From Crocinitomicaceae bacterium (GTDB taxonomy: Bacteria; Bacteroidota; Bacteroidia; Flavobacteriales_D; Crocinitomicaceae), in contig JBILSN010000006.1 in NCBI GenBank assembly GCA_044372045.1, positions 11,390-75,389 of the forward strand: a DNA stretch of 64,000 nucleotides, read 5' to 3'. Positions 7,525-18,142 of the stretch are shown here, piece by piece. Within the stretch, counting starts at the first letter, position 1. Every line of letters starts with the position of its first letter. The notes beneath the pieces were generated by a model. That model did no database searches. It was not told the origin of the DNA and was given only the letters and a program-made list of their open reading frames with translations. The position numbers were made by a program, and so were the translations under genes.

Positions 7525-9168
7525 ATGAAGAAAACACTACTACTCAGCCTTTTGCTTGCAAAACTGTTTGGTGCATTTGCGCAAACAAATAAAGAGCCCA
7601 AAATCATTGTGGGCATTGTTGTAGATCAGATGTGCTACGACTACCTCTATCGCTTTGAGCACCTATACACCTCAGGTGGTTTCAATAAGTTGTTAGCCAA
7701 AGGCACTAACTGTCGCAATACGCAATACAATTATGTGCCCACTTACACTGCACCGGGGCACGCCTCCATTTATACCGGAACAACACCATCTAATCACGGA
7801 ATTGTTGGCAATGATTGGTATAATCGAGACCTACAAAAATCGGTGACCAGCGTCTCAGATGAGCGTTACCAAACAGTTGGTAGTGTAAGTGGTGGGAAAG
7901 CAGCCCCAATGAATCTGCTTACTTATACCATTACAGATCAGCTCAAATTGGCATCGCCAAAATCAAAAGTCATTTCACTCTCCATTAAAGACCGCAGCGC
8001 CATTTTACCTGGAGGGCATCTTTCTGACGGTAGTTATTGGTTCGATTACCAATCTGGCGATTTTGTAACAAGTACTTTTTACAAAGATGCCTTGCCAAGT
8101 TGGGTAGCGCGTTTTAATGCCAAATTCGATCCCACAAAAGATTTGCGCACGTGGCGCTTGTTATTGCCAGAAAGTACTTATCTAATGACTGATGCAAGCC
8201 CTTATGAGGTAGTCTTACCGGGCAAAACTACGGCTACTTTTCCTTATGATTTTCCAGCTATGATTGCCACTGGTGCGCAGGCAACATCATTGTTTACCAT
8301 TTCACCTCAAGCCAACGAAGTACTCACAGATTTTGCTATTCAGGCGCTAGAACATGAAAATTTAGGTCAAGATCAATTTACAGACTTTTTGTGTCTATCG
8401 TATTCTACACCTGATATCGCAGGCCATGCCTTTGGCCCATTTTCGAGGGAGCTCGAAGATATGTATGCCCGCTTAGACCGCGATTTACAACGTTTGTTTT
8501 CAAGTTTAGAGACGCGTTATGGAAAAGAAGGTTTCATTCTCTTTTTAACTGCAGACCACGCCGTGGTTCCGGTTCCTGAAATGCTCGTCAAAATGAAAAT
8601 GCCGGGTGGTTATTTCTTCATGCACGATCGCCTGCAGGTGTTGCGCGACGACTTTATCATGAAGTACAATGCCGATTTACTCGAGCACGAAACCAACCAA
8701 AATATTTACCTTAATTTGAAGAAAATAGATTCATTACATCTCGATATCGATGAGGTTGCTGAATTTGCAGCTTCTGAGCTGCGCAAATGGCCTGAGGTAA
8801 AGACGGTTCTCACGCGCTCCCAGTTGCGTTCGGGATCTGCAAGCACAGATTACTGGGGTGAATTACTGCGCAATGGGTATGATGCACAAAGAAGCGGAGA
8901 AGTCATTTTCTTGTTGCAGCCTGGCTATTTAGCCAAAGACCACGATGAACCGAAAGCACATCAAGGAACCTCTCATGGTTCTGCTTTTAATTATGACACC
9001 CATGTGCCTTTGTTGTGGTATGGTAAAGGCATTCCACAGGGGCTTTCTTTGTATGAGCCTATCCAAATTACTGATATTTCAGCAACGCTTGTTCATTTAT
9101 TGAATCTTCAGCGGCCTGGCTCTATGATAGGGAAACCTATTTTACCGCTTTTGCAACCTAAAAAATGA
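7525..9168 (+). CDS. pafA: Alkaline phosphatase of the nucleotide pyrophosphatase/phosphodiesterase superfamily, PafA-like
   Basis: Signal peptide. IVVDQMCYDYLYRF, YVPTYTAPGHASIYTGTTPSNHGIVGNDWY, SIKDRSAILPGGH, TADHA and GTSHGS closely recall the PafA phosphatases of Flavobacteriia as I remember them, and the length is similar (547 aa). Confidence 0.75.
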   Translation: MKKTLLLSLLLAKLFGAFAQTNKEPKIIVGIVVDQMCYDYLYRFEHLYTSGGFNKLLAKGTNCRNTQYNYVPTYTAPGHASIYTGTTPSNHGIVGNDWYNRDLQKSVTSVSDERYQTVGSVSGGKAAPMNLLTYTITDQLKLASPKSKVISLSIKDRSAILPGGHLSDGSYWFDYQSGDFVTSTFYKDALPSWVARFNAKFDPTKDLRTWRLLLPESTYLMTDASPYEVVLPGKTTATFPYDFPAMIATGAQATSLFTISPQANEVLTDFAIQALEHENLGQDQFTDFLCLSYSTPDIAGHAFGPFSRELEDMYARLDRDLQRLFSSLETRYGKEGFILFLTADHAVVPVPEMLVKMKMPGGYFFMHDRLQVLRDDFIMKYNADLLEHETNQNIYLNLKKIDSLHLDIDEVAEFAASELRKWPEVKTVLTRSQLRSGSASTDYWGELLRNGYDAQRSGEVIFLLQPGYLAKDHDEPKAHQGTSHGSAFNYDTHVPLLWYGKGIPQGLSLYEPIQITDISATLVHLLNLQRPGSMIGKPILPLLQPKK

Positions 9169-10352
9169 CCAACGAAAGGCAATTTTTTATCGATCATTTG
9201 GGGCAAACAACTCCTTTTCCTTTCTTGATTGAAGTTGAACGCGCTGAAGGCGCTTATATCTACGATAAAAAGGGCAAGTCTTATTTAGATATGATAGCAG
9301 GTGTTGCCGTCAATAATATTGGACATCGGCATCCTAAGGTAGTAGCTGCACTTACAGCACAGTTACAAAAACACTTACACGTCATGGTCTATGGTGAGTT
9401 TATACAAGATGCGCAGCAAGCATTGGTTCGTGAACTCCTATCTGTTTTGCCTGCCACCTTAGATGGCGTTTATGTCGTGAATTCAGGCACAGAAGCTATT
9501 GAAGCAGCCCTCAAGTTAGCCAAACGCGTTACCGGACGTACCGAACTGATAGCTTTTAAAGGGAGCTATCATGGTAGCACCCACGGAGCAATGAGTGTGT
9601 CGGCCAATGAAATCAAGAAAATAGCATTTAGACCGCTATTACCGGATGTACGCTTTTTATCGCACAACGAAATAGCAGAATTGGCTCAGATTACGGCGCG
9701 TACAGCAGGGGTGATTATAGAGACCGTTCAGGGCGATGCCGGCGTTCGGCGACCTTCAGCCGCCTTTTTACAGGCGCTGCGCGCCAGGTGCACTGAAGTT
9801 GGAGCCTTACTTATACTTGATGAAATTCAGTGCGGTATGGGCCGAACCGGTACCATGTTTGCATTTGAACAGTTTGGTGTTGTACCAGACATCCTCACGC
9901 TTGGAAAGGCGCTTGGTGGAGGCATGCCCATTGGTGCACTCGTAGCTGCGCAGCAGAATTTAAACCAATTTATGCATGCGCCCATGCTCGGGCACATCAC
10001 CACCTTTGGGGGGCACCCAATGGTGTGTGCTGCTGCTGCTGCAACCGTAGAGGTTTTGCGAACCGAAATCAACTGGGTGCAATTAGAGGAGCGAGCGGCT
10101 GCCTTTGCTGCTCAAATTACGGTGCATCCGGCAGTTAGGGAGCATAGAAGGGTTGGTGCTATGTTTGCATTTGATCTTGCGAGTGCTGAAGAGGTTGAAA
10201 AGGTAGTAAATTATTGTCTAGAACAAGGGCTAATCACCTTTTGGTTCTTGTCTCACCCGCACAGTTTTAGACTTTCTCCTCCGCTTAATTTGGAACAGGA
10301 AGATTGGGAATTTGCCTCCCAAGTTATTATTTCTGCTTTAGAGCGTCTCTAG
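9165..10352 (+). CDS. Class III PLP-dependent aminotransferase (acetylornithine/ornithine aminotransferase-like)
   Basis: VNNIGHRHP, SGTEAIEAALKLA, LDEIQCGMGRTG, PLP-lysine context TLGKALGGG. ATGA overlap with the upstream stop. Confidence 0.85.
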   Translation: MTNERQFFIDHLGQTTPFPFLIEVERAEGAYIYDKKGKSYLDMIAGVAVNNIGHRHPKVVAALTAQLQKHLHVMVYGEFIQDAQQALVRELLSVLPATLDGVYVVNSGTEAIEAALKLAKRVTGRTELIAFKGSYHGSTHGAMSVSANEIKKIAFRPLLPDVRFLSHNEIAELAQITARTAGVIIETVQGDAGVRRPSAAFLQALRARCTEVGALLILDEIQCGMGRTGTMFAFEQFGVVPDILTLGKALGGGMPIGALVAAQQNLNQFMHAPMLGHITTFGGHPMVCAAAAATVEVLRTEINWVQLEERAAAFAAQITVHPAVREHRRVGAMFAFDLASAEEVEKVVNYCLEQGLITFWFLSHPHSFRLSPPLNLEQEDWEFASQVIISALERL

Positions 10353-10377
10353 CATTAATTATTGTTGAGCAATCACT

Positions 10378-10385
10378 TATCTTTG
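10378..10385 (+). promoter_or_regulatory. Candidate -7 box TATCTTTG upstream of metF
   Basis: tatctttg, 16 nt before ATG 10402. Confidence 0.35.
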
Positions 10386-10401
10386 TACCCTAATTCAAGC
10401 G

Positions 10402-11352
10402 ATGAAAGTTACTGATCACCTAGCAGCAGCCAAAGACACTTTATTTTCTTTTGAAATTTTACCTCCACTAAAGGGCAAAAGCATTGCTTCAATTTATGAT
10501 GGTATTGATCCGCTTATGGAGTTCAAACCGAAGTTCATCAATGTGACGTATCACAGAGAAGAATTCGTCTATATAGAGCGTGAACATGGTCTTTTGGAAA
10601 AAAAAGCTGTGCGCAAACGCCCTGGAACAGTTGGTATTTGTGCGGCAATTATGCATAAATACGACGTAGATGCCATACCTCACCTCATATGTGGCGGATT
10701 CAGTAAAGAAGAAACTGAAAACGCGCTTATTGACCTCCATTTTTTAGGTATTGACAATGTACTCGCCCTACGCGGTGATGCCGTTAAGTCAGAAGCGAGT
10801 TTTAGACCGCATCCGGAAGGTCATGCCTATGCTGTAGAGCTTATCGAGCAAGTCCGACAAATGAACACAGGCGCTTATTTTACGGAAGGGCAGGGCCAAG
10901 ACCCTACGCATTTCTGTATTGGTGCAGCAGCTTACCCAGAAAAACATTTTGAGGCCATGAACCTTGAAACCGACCTTCAATACCTCAAAGCAAAGGTCGA
11001 TGCCGGTGCAACTTACTTGGTTACGCAAATGTTTTTTGACAATCAAAAATATTTCGATTTTGTGGCAGCTTGCAGAGCTGCAGGTATCACCGTTCCAATC
11101 ATACCGGGCCTCAAGCCAATCAAAACCTTGGCTCATATTAGTTTTCTTCCAAAGTTTTTTCACATTGATTACCCAACAGCTCTTTCCAAAGAACTTTTGA
11201 AATGTAAAAATAATTCCCAAGTAGAAGCGCTCGGAATCGAATGGGGAATTGCTCAGTCTAAAGAGCTCAAGGCTGCAGGCGCCCCTTGTATTCACTACTA
11301 TACAATGTCAAATTCAACCTCAGTGAAGCAAATTGCTTCAGAAGTTTTTTAA
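10402..11352 (+). CDS. metF: Methylenetetrahydrofolate reductase
   Basis: FSFEILPP, INVTYH, LALRGD, AAYPEKH, VTQMFFD. Confidence 0.9.
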   Translation: MKVTDHLAAAKDTLFSFEILPPLKGKSIASIYDGIDPLMEFKPKFINVTYHREEFVYIEREHGLLEKKAVRKRPGTVGICAAIMHKYDVDAIPHLICGGFSKEETENALIDLHFLGIDNVLALRGDAVKSEASFRPHPEGHAYAVELIEQVRQMNTGAYFTEGQGQDPTHFCIGAAAYPEKHFEAMNLETDLQYLKAKVDAGATYLVTQMFFDNQKYFDFVAACRAAGITVPIIPGLKPIKTLAHISFLPKFFHIDYPTALSKELLKCKNNSQVEALGIEWGIAQSKELKAAGAPCIHYYTMSNSTSVKQIASEVF

Positions 11353-11360
11353 CTTAGTAC

Positions 11361-11894
11361 ATGAAGTATTTGTTTTTTATTGGTTTGGCTATTCTTTCAA
11401 ATGTAGTCTATGCACAAGCAATCAAGCTCAACAACGCGCTTGTAATTTCCCAATTTGATAAAGAAGAAGATCGTTACGCCATGCAGGCCCTCATGACAGA
11501 TATCCTCAAAGGATATCAAATCAAAGCGCTTCCCTTAATGAACGTTTTAAAACAAGGTGAAGACCCAAAGCATTTATTGAACGACTCCATTCAGCAAATT
11601 TTGCTTCAAAAAGGCTTTGATACCTACTTAGTAGTGAATGTTCGCGGTTATGACCGAAATTTTAAACCCAGCGAAGACACCCAAACTTTGGCTGAATTAC
11701 TCGAAACAACAAGCATTTATCAGATTTATAGAGACGAGGCAACTTCGGTTTCTTTTGAGTTTTCTATCTATCGTGGTGGACAGCTAATTTCTCGACAAAT
11801 TTTGCGTTGTGGCAATGTGTCAGACCGTGATTCTGTCCTGAAAAGACTCCGCAAACGACTCCCTAAAAAAGTAATTCCTATTTGGATTTCGTAA
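11361..11894 (+). CDS. Hypothetical exported protein
   Basis: Signal peptide MKYLFFIGLAILSNVVYAQ. 8 nt downstream of metF. No recognised domain. Confidence 0.5.
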   Translation: MKYLFFIGLAILSNVVYAQAIKLNNALVISQFDKEEDRYAMQALMTDILKGYQIKALPLMNVLKQGEDPKHLLNDSIQQILLQKGFDTYLVVNVRGYDRNFKPSEDTQTLAELLETTSIYQIYRDEATSVSFEFSIYRGGQLISRQILRCGNVSDRDSVLKRLRKRLPKKVIPIWIS

Positions 11895-11902
11895 GCGCCT
11901 GC

Positions 11903-12796
11903 TTAGTTGTCCATTCGGTATTGTTTTTCCATATCTCTATCTTCAGGGGTACTGTATACACCACACTTCGTTGGTGCTTCAAACAACTTAATGACTTTAA
12001 ACTGTGCTTGGACAGGCCAATAGGTGGAGCTGAACCAATGAATATTCGCATTAAAGCCTTGCCAAGGGGCGAGTGTAACAATAGGTAAGGAAACGCCAGG
12101 TATGAGAATCCAAGCTTTGTTTAAACGAATGCCAATGCCAATTTGGTAATTGAATTGGAGCATTCCTGCTGCTAAATTTGGTTGGTATAACTGTGCAACC
12201 GGATGAGTTGCAAATAAATTGTGGTAACCAAGGGTGTCTGCACGAACTTGTAAGTCGTAATTGAGACCTATACTTTGGTCCAGAAAATGCTTGCGCACTT
12301 TGACCACTACTTTTTTACCAAAATAGATTAGCGAGTGTGCTCGGATACTGCCGTAGAGATAGCCGGTACGCATTTGGCCTTCTGCCGAGGTTGTGCTATA
12401 ATTGCCACTAATAGCGTCCTGATTTTCTAGAAGCGTTGTTTCTAGACCATTTATTTGACGGTAGCCAAGACCCCAATCAAAGTAGTCCATAACTCTGCTT
12501 TTGCCGAGTGCTTTAATGGGTGTTCCTTTCCATTTTGGAAAATGTGCTAGACCGAATTCAGCATAAAAGCCGAGTTTCGCCTCTGGAGTAATGGTGTAAT
12601 TTCCGCGGTCTACTTGGTTAACGAGTAATTCTCCTTGGAAAGGCTGATTTACAAACGAATAAGTCGGCCCCAAAGAAAATTGGTAACCGTGGTTCCTGAC
12701 TTGTAGGTAGTCATTTCCTTGTTTCTTTGATTTTTCAAAGCCCCCCTGAGCCCAAATAATTGGGGTGCTACACAAAAAGAGGAGGAGTATTCTCAT
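11903..12796 (-). CDS. Hypothetical outer-membrane beta-barrel-like protein
   Basis: Signal peptide MRILLLFLCSTPIIWAQ. Alternating aromatic/Gly-rich beta-strand pattern. ATGA overlap with the kmo stop. Confidence 0.5.
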   Translation of the reverse strand: MRILLLFLCSTPIIWAQGGFEKSKKQGNDYLQVRNHGYQFSLGPTYSFVNQPFQGELLVNQVDRGNYTITPEAKLGFYAEFGLAHFPKWKGTPIKALGKSRVMDYFDWGLGYRQINGLETTLLENQDAISGNYSTTSAEGQMRTGYLYGSIRAHSLIYFGKKVVVKVRKHFLDQSIGLNYDLQVRADTLGYHNLFATHPVAQLYQPNLAAGMLQFNYQIGIGIRLNKAWILIPGVSLPIVTLAPWQGFNANIHWFSSTYWPVQAQFKVIKLFEAPTKCGVYSTPEDRDMEKQYRMDN

Positions 12797-14160
12797 GTTT
12801 GGAAATTAAATAAACGACATTGATCGAGGATAGCTTCCATTACCTCTGGACTATCCCAATGGGTTTCAATAGTGGGTTGTGCCATGATTTTATCCATAAT
12901 AACGCGTTGTTTTTTGCCTTGTTCGTAAGCTATCGAATAAGGGATGTTGCTAAATGTAACTTGGCTATATAACGGCAACCATTTATTTGGATACAATTTA
13001 CTGAATTTTGCTTCGATTTTCTTGCGTAACAAGAAAGATGGGTCAGCTACGAGATCGCGCATTTCGATGTAGTTATCCAAGGAAAGATCTTGTAATGCGT
13101 CGCCATTTGGTTTACGTAAGGGGCTGTATGCTGCCCAAATGGTATCCCAGTCGTGGTTGTGCTTGAGCATTAAGTCATTGAGTATGCGGCAGTCTTCAAA
13201 TCCAGCATTCATGCCTTGGCCATAAAATGGGACGGTTGCGTGCGCGGCATCACCCATTAAACCTACTTTACCAGAAGCCCAAGGGTAACAGCGAACAATA
13301 GCAAGATTGGAAAGTGGGTGGTCTTCCCATTTATCAGCGATATCGGGCATCATGTCGTGGAAGTCAGGGAAAATAGTCCTGAAAAAACGATCGACATCAG
13401 CTTTGCTATGGAGTTTATCAAAAGCAAACTCGTGGTTTTCGTGTGGCATGAAAAGCGTGCAAGTAAAAGATCCGTCTTCATTAGCTAAGGCAATCATCAT
13501 GAAGCGGCCACGAGGCCAAATATGCAGTGCGTTTTTATCCATAGGATAGCTGCCGTCCGGTAAAGCTGGAAGTAGGATTTCTCGGTAGCCATCGGCTATG
13601 TAATGTTGACTGTATTGAAATCGATCGAGTTTTTGCATGGAGTTATAGCGCACCGCACTAAAAGCACCATCGGCTGCAAAAATAACATCGGCTTTCGCCT
13701 CAAAGGTTTCGCCACTTTGTGTGTTGCGCAAGTAGGCAATCGCGTTTTTTAAATCTACTCTTAGGCATTCGGTTTGGTAATGGATAGTGGCTTTGCCATG
13801 CGTTTCGGCGATATCCATCATTTTAGCATTCACACTACCTCTAGAGACGGAGTAAATGGCCTGACCATCTTCTCCATATTGTTGATAGGTGAGTTTACCA
13901 TTGAGGTCGTGCATCATGCGACCGTGCATTGGAATGGCAATTTTGCGAATTTCATCGCCCACACCAACAGCATCTAGGGCGGTCCAGCCGCGAACAGAGA
14001 GCGATAAGTTAATTGATTTTCCTGCACTAATTTCGGCTTTACGAATGTCGGTTCGGCGTTCAAAGATGGTGACTTTGTAACCAGCTTTGGCTAAATAAAC
14101 AGCCCAAAGTGACCCGACTAATCCTGCTCCAATAATGATGGCATCTTTATTTTTTGTCAT
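12793..14160 (-). CDS. kmo: Kynurenine 3-monooxygenase (FAD-dependent)
   Basis: FAD fingerprint IIGAGLVGS, GDAAHATVPFYGQGMNAGFEDC, and a length and C-terminal extension typical of bacterial KMO. Confidence 0.8.
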   Translation of the reverse strand: MTKNKDAIIIGAGLVGSLWAVYLAKAGYKVTIFERRTDIRKAEISAGKSINLSLSVRGWTALDAVGVGDEIRKIAIPMHGRMMHDLNGKLTYQQYGEDGQAIYSVSRGSVNAKMMDIAETHGKATIHYQTECLRVDLKNAIAYLRNTQSGETFEAKADVIFAADGAFSAVRYNSMQKLDRFQYSQHYIADGYREILLPALPDGSYPMDKNALHIWPRGRFMMIALANEDGSFTCTLFMPHENHEFAFDKLHSKADVDRFFRTIFPDFHDMMPDIADKWEDHPLSNLAIVRCYPWASGKVGLMGDAAHATVPFYGQGMNAGFEDCRILNDLMLKHNHDWDTIWAAYSPLRKPNGDALQDLSLDNYIEMRDLVADPSFLLRKKIEAKFSKLYPNKWLPLYSQVTFSNIPYSIAYEQGKKQRVIMDKIMAQPTIETHWDSPEVMEAILDQCRLFNFQT

Positions 14161-14193
14161 ATTTGCTATTGCATTTTACGCTTCTATATCAAA

Positions 14194-14201
14194 CAAAGGT
14201 A
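14194..14201 (-). promoter_or_regulatory. Candidate -7 box TACCTTTG upstream of kmo
   Basis: The reverse strand reads TACCTTTG, 33 nt before ATG 14160. Confidence 0.35.
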
Positions 14202-14226
14202 AGCACTAAGGGTTTTCAAATAACGC

Positions 14227-15159
14227 TTAATAGTCCTTTTTTAAAAACTGAATATTTCTTTTTAGACCCGTATACTTCGTTCTTTTCAGTGCACTCTTGC
14301 CAAAGAGCATTTGAAAGGATTCTTCTGTTATAGATTCCCATTCTGAGGACGTTAAATCTAAAAATTCGGGATGAGGCTCCAACGCCTGCTCTTTTTGAAC
14401 CTTCGAGAAACGGTTCCATGGGCATACGTCTTGACAAATATCGCAGCCGAAAGCCCAATTTTCCATTTTACCTTTAAATGCAGCGGGCAGGTCGGCATCT
14501 TTGAGTTCTATTGTAAGATAAGATATACACTTCGAAGCGTCGATTACATATGGTGTTGCTAAGGCATCAGTAGGGCAGGCGTCTATACAACGCGTACATG
14601 ACCCACAATAATCTTTGATAGGGTTGTCTGGGCTAATTTCAAGGTCTACAAATAGCTCTGCAACAAAGAAAAAACTTCCGTTTTTTGGATGGATCAGGTT
14701 GGTGCTCTTGCCAATCCAGCCAAGACCGGATTTTTTGGCCCAGGCCTTATCCATTACGGGTGCTGAATCGACAAATGCCCTTCCTTGAATAGCTCCGATT
14801 TGTTCGCGAAGCGTGTGCAGCAATACCTTTAATTTGTCTTTGATGACGTAGTGGTAGTCATTGCCGTAAGCATATTTGGCGATCTGAGGTGCATTTGGGT
14901 CTTGTTGCGTTTTTTCAGGGTAATAATTGAGCAACAAGGAGATGATAGTTTGCGTTCCGGGCTCTAGTAAGCGCGGATCCAAGCGCTTGTCGAAATGATT
15001 GGCCATATAGGCCATTTTACCATGGTAATTTTGCTGAAGCCAATGCTCGAGCCGAGGAGCTTCTTCTTCGAGAAAGCCAGCCTTTGAAAAGCCTACATGA
15101 AAGAAGCCAAGCGACTTTGCTGCGTTCGTAATCAGTGCTTTGTAGGCGTCGTGTTTCAT
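14227..15159 (-). CDS. queG: tRNA epoxyqueuosine(34) reductase
   Basis: 4Fe-4S motifs [12 protein letters not shown] and [11 protein letters not shown]. Start re-set to ATG 15159, which sits just after the ruvB stop at 15161. Confidence 0.9.
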   Translation of the reverse strand: MKHDAYKALITNAAKSLGFFHVGFSKAGFLEEEAPRLEHWLQQNYHGKMAYMANHFDKRLDPRLLEPGTQTIISLLLNYYPEKTQQDPNAPQIAKYAYGNDYHYVIKDKLKVLLHTLREQIGAIQGRAFVDSAPVMDKAWAKKSGLGWIGKSTNLIHPKNGSFFFVAELFVDLEISPDNPIKDYCGSCTRCIDACPTDALATPYVIDASKCISYLTIELKDADLPAAFKGKMENWAFGCDICQDVCPWNRFSKVQKEQALEPHPEFLDLTSSEWESITEESFQMLFGKSALKRTKYTGLKRNIQFLKKDY

Positions 15160-15160
15160 G

Positions 15161-16183
15161 TCAGAATAAACCACCTTGGGCCCAACCCAGGTCTTTACCG
15201 AGGTGCTTGTAGCTTTTTTCGGTGGCTTTTCGCCCACGTGGCGTGCGGATTAAAAAACCTTCTTGGATTAGAAAGGGTTCATATACTTCCTCTAAAGTAC
15301 CAGCGTTCTCGCCGATGGCAGTTGCTATGGTGGTGAGCCCAACAGGCCCGCCGTTGAATTTATCGATGAGTACTTTTAGGATGCGAATGTCCATTTCGTC
15401 GAGGCCGTTAGCGTCCACATTGAGCGCTTTGAGTGCAATTTCGGTGATGTCGTCGTCGATATGGCCTGAACCTTTGATTTGCGCAAAATCTCGAACGCGT
15501 CTGAGTAATGCATTGGCAATACGAGGGGTGCCACGGCTGCGACTTGCAATTTTGTAAGCGGCGCTTTCCTCAATGCCAATGTGGAGTAGAGAAGCAGAGC
15601 GTTCGACGATAGAGGTGAGGGTCTTGGAATCGTAGTATTCAAGACGGGCATTGATTCCAAAGCGGGCGCGCAACGGAGAGGTGAGCAAGCCAGAACGCGT
15701 GGTAGCCCCAATAAGTGTAAAGGGATTCAGGTTAATTTGAATACTGCGCGCATTGGCCCCGGAATCGAGCATGATATCGATCACGTAGTCTTCCATGGCC
15801 GAATAGAGATATTCTTCAATGACTGGACTCAAGCGGTGTATTTCGTCAATAAATAAGACATCGCCTTCGGCCAGATTCGTTAGTAGGCCTGCGAGGTCCC
15901 CAGCTTTGTCTAGGACGGGACCTGAGGTAATTTTGAATCCGACGCCAAGTTCGTTGGCAATGATGTTGGCAAGTGTGGTTTTGCCAAGGCCTGGAGGCCC
16001 GTGCAGTAAAACGTGGTCAAGGGGTTCTTTTCGCAACTGTGCTGCTTGGACAAAGACTTCTAAATTTTCTACAACTGCAGGCTGCCCGGCAAAATCTCGT
16101 AATGATTTTGGACGCAAGACCTTATCAAGTTCTTGTTCGTTAGGAACGTTGGCCTCTTCTCTGTAGTCGAATGAATCTTCCAT
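15161..16183 (-). CDS. ruvB: Holliday junction branch migration helicase RuvB
   Basis: Walker [35 protein letters not shown]. Confidence 0.95.
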   Translation of the reverse strand: MEDSFDYREEANVPNEQELDKVLRPKSLRDFAGQPAVVENLEVFVQAAQLRKEPLDHVLLHGPPGLGKTTLANIIANELGVGFKITSGPVLDKAGDLAGLLTNLAEGDVLFIDEIHRLSPVIEEYLYSAMEDYVIDIMLDSGANARSIQINLNPFTLIGATTRSGLLTSPLRARFGINARLEYYDSKTLTSIVERSASLLHIGIEESAAYKIASRSRGTPRIANALLRRVRDFAQIKGSGHIDDDITEIALKALNVDANGLDEMDIRILKVLIDKFNGGPVGLTTIATAIGENAGTLEEVYEPFLIQEGFLIRTPRGRKATEKSYKHLGKDLGWAQGGLF

Positions 16184-16189
16184 TGCTTA

Positions 16190-16197
16190 CAAAAATA
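16190..16197 (-). promoter_or_regulatory. Candidate -7 box TATTTTTG, 6 nt upstream of the ruvB ATG
   Basis: The reverse strand reads TATTTTTG TAAGCA ATG. Confidence 0.4.
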
Positions 16198-16216
16198 ACA
16201 ATTTGAATGGGCTGAG

Positions 16217-16894
16217 TTAACGCCAAGTAGCAAGTAATTGGTGAAGGTCGGTGCATTGGAAGTGCGCAACAGCAAGTTTTGGATTTGGAAAGTGTGTTTT
16301 TTCTGGGATACAGCATACTTTCATTTGAGCGGCTAGCCCTGCAATGACGCCATTCAATGAGTCTTCTATAACCAAACACCTTTGGGTAGGAACCGCTAGA
16401 TGGGCCGCAACTTTGATATATACACCTGGATGCGGTTTTCCGTAGGTTTCGAATTCGGCCGAATACGCAAAATCAAAGTAGGTTTCAATGCTGAGTGCAC
16501 GCAGAACTGTCGTGATCAGCCTTTGAGATGAAGAGGTTGCGAGGCCTATTTTTTTACCACTTTCTTTTAAAAATTGTAGGGTATCTAAAACACCTGGAAG
16601 TGGTTTTGGATCGAACTCAATGAGTGAAATTAGTTTATCAATAATTTGATTTTCTACGTTTTTGAGATCTGAAAGCCCCCAATTTTCTTGTTTATTCCAA
16701 AAAGCAATTACTTCATCGATGCGTAGCCCAACCGTTTTTTGAAAATCCTGATGGGTTAGGGTAGAGCCATATTGCCCAAAAACAAATTCCATAGCAATCT
16801 TCCAGAGTGGTTCGGAATCGATCAAAACGCCATCCATATCAAAAATGATCGCTTCGTAGTCTCTCAAGAGAGGAAACTTATCAATTTTCGACAT
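16217..16894 (-). CDS. HAD-superfamily hydrolase (beta-phosphoglucomutase / sugar-phosphatase subfamily)
   Basis: IIFDMDGVLIDSE, GLATSS, VIEDSLNGV. Start re-set to ATG 16894. Confidence 0.8.
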   Translation of the reverse strand: MSKIDKFPLLRDYEAIIFDMDGVLIDSEPLWKIAMEFVFGQYGSTLTHQDFQKTVGLRIDEVIAFWNKQENWGLSDLKNVENQIIDKLISLIEFDPKPLPGVLDTLQFLKESGKKIGLATSSSQRLITTVLRALSIETYFDFAYSAEFETYGKPHPGVYIKVAAHLAVPTQRCLVIEDSLNGVIAGLAAQMKVCCIPEKTHFPNPKLAVAHFQCTDLHQLLATWR

Positions 16895-18137
16895 AGAAGA
16901 AACGGATAGTTTCAATTTTTCGTTCACTCATTTTTTCTACAATAAGGGTGTGGTTATCCACTTGAACCTTATCACCTTCAGCGGGCAATCTTTCGAGCTG
17001 CTCGAGAATAAGCCCCGCAAGCGTATCATAGGAATCAGATTCTTTGAGCTTGAAGTCATAGGTTTCATTCAGGTAGTCGATGTCAATTCGGGCAGAGAAC
17101 AAGTATTCAGTGGGTGAAATTTGTTGTTCAGTGAGTGCTTCTTTGTCGTGTTCGTCTTGAATTTCTCCGAAGATTTCTTCGATGACATCTTCTAAGGTAA
17201 TGATACCCGCAGTACCGCCGTATTCATCCGTGACGACTGCAAAATTGCCTGCTTGATTGGTGAATTTTTCGAGTAATTCTTTGCCACTCATTACGGTAGG
17301 AACAAAAGAAATAGGTTTTAGAATTTGCTTAATGGAAGTGGGCCTTTTGAATAAATCAAACGAATGGATATACCCAATAATATTATCGATGTCGTCGCGG
17401 TAGATAATGAGTTTGGATAATCCTTTGGTCGTCATGAGGCTTTTGGCGTCCTCAATGGGGTCTTGGATGTCAACAGCGATAATTTCCGGCCTGGGGATCA
17501 TGCAGTCTCGTGCTTTGACTTTAGAAAAGTCAAGGGCATTGCGCAATAAGAGCATGTCGTTTCCGAGCTCTTCTTCGTCGGTGAGGTTGGCACTTAGTTC
17601 ATCTACGTAATTTTCAAGGTCAACTTTAGAAAATACGCGTTGTTGTTCCTTTTCTACGCCAAAAATTTTTAAAAATCCGGCGCTCATTAGCAAAACGAGC
17701 TGCGACGGAATAAAGAGCAGAATATATAAAATGAACAGCGGGTATAAACCGAGATCGAGTGCTTTATTTGGATTGAGTTGCACGAGTGCCTTGGGTAAAA
17801 ATTCTGCGGTAACAAGTACTAAAAGGGTTGATATTAAGGTCTGAGCAATAAGGATAATATTTTGATCTTCAAGACCCATTTGAGCTAGAATAGGACCTAG
17901 TGTTGCACCGGCGGCAATACCGTAGACTACCAGCGCTATATTGTTACCCAAAAGCAAAAGGGCAATCATGTTGCTTTCCTTTCGGTAAAAAAGCCGTAGG
18001 ATTTTGGCTTGTAAGGTGCTGTTGGATTTTACAACTTCAATGCGCAAACGATTGGCGGAGATATAGGCCAATTCCATAGCTGAGAAGAATGCCGAGCAAA
18101 CCAAAGCCCAGAAAATCAGCACAAGGTTAAAATCCAT
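16881..18137 (-). CDS. CNNM/DUF21 - CBS pair - CorC_HlyC family membrane protein (hemolysin family / GldE-like)
   Basis: Four N-terminal TM segments, tandem CBS region (ARDCMIPRPEI...), C-terminal transporter-associated domain (TLAGLILEQLERLPAEGDKV). Confidence 0.85.
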   Translation of the reverse strand: MDFNLVLIFWALVCSAFFSAMELAYISANRLRIEVVKSNSTLQAKILRLFYRKESNMIALLLLGNNIALVVYGIAAGATLGPILAQMGLEDQNIILIAQTLISTLLVLVTAEFLPKALVQLNPNKALDLGLYPLFILYILLFIPSQLVLLMSAGFLKIFGVEKEQQRVFSKVDLENYVDELSANLTDEEELGNDMLLLRNALDFSKVKARDCMIPRPEIIAVDIQDPIEDAKSLMTTKGLSKLIIYRDDIDNIIGYIHSFDLFKRPTSIKQILKPISFVPTVMSGKELLEKFTNQAGNFAVVTDEYGGTAGIITLEDVIEEIFGEIQDEHDKEALTEQQISPTEYLFSARIDIDYLNETYDFKLKESDSYDTLAGLILEQLERLPAEGDKVQVDNHTLIVEKMSERKIETIRFFYVEN

Positions 18138-18142
18138 TTTGC

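Noticed and set aside
10789-11295. A 168-aa ORF antisense to metF
   Set aside because: metF motifs are unambiguous on the plus strand. The antisense translation has no domain features. It is a shadow ORF.
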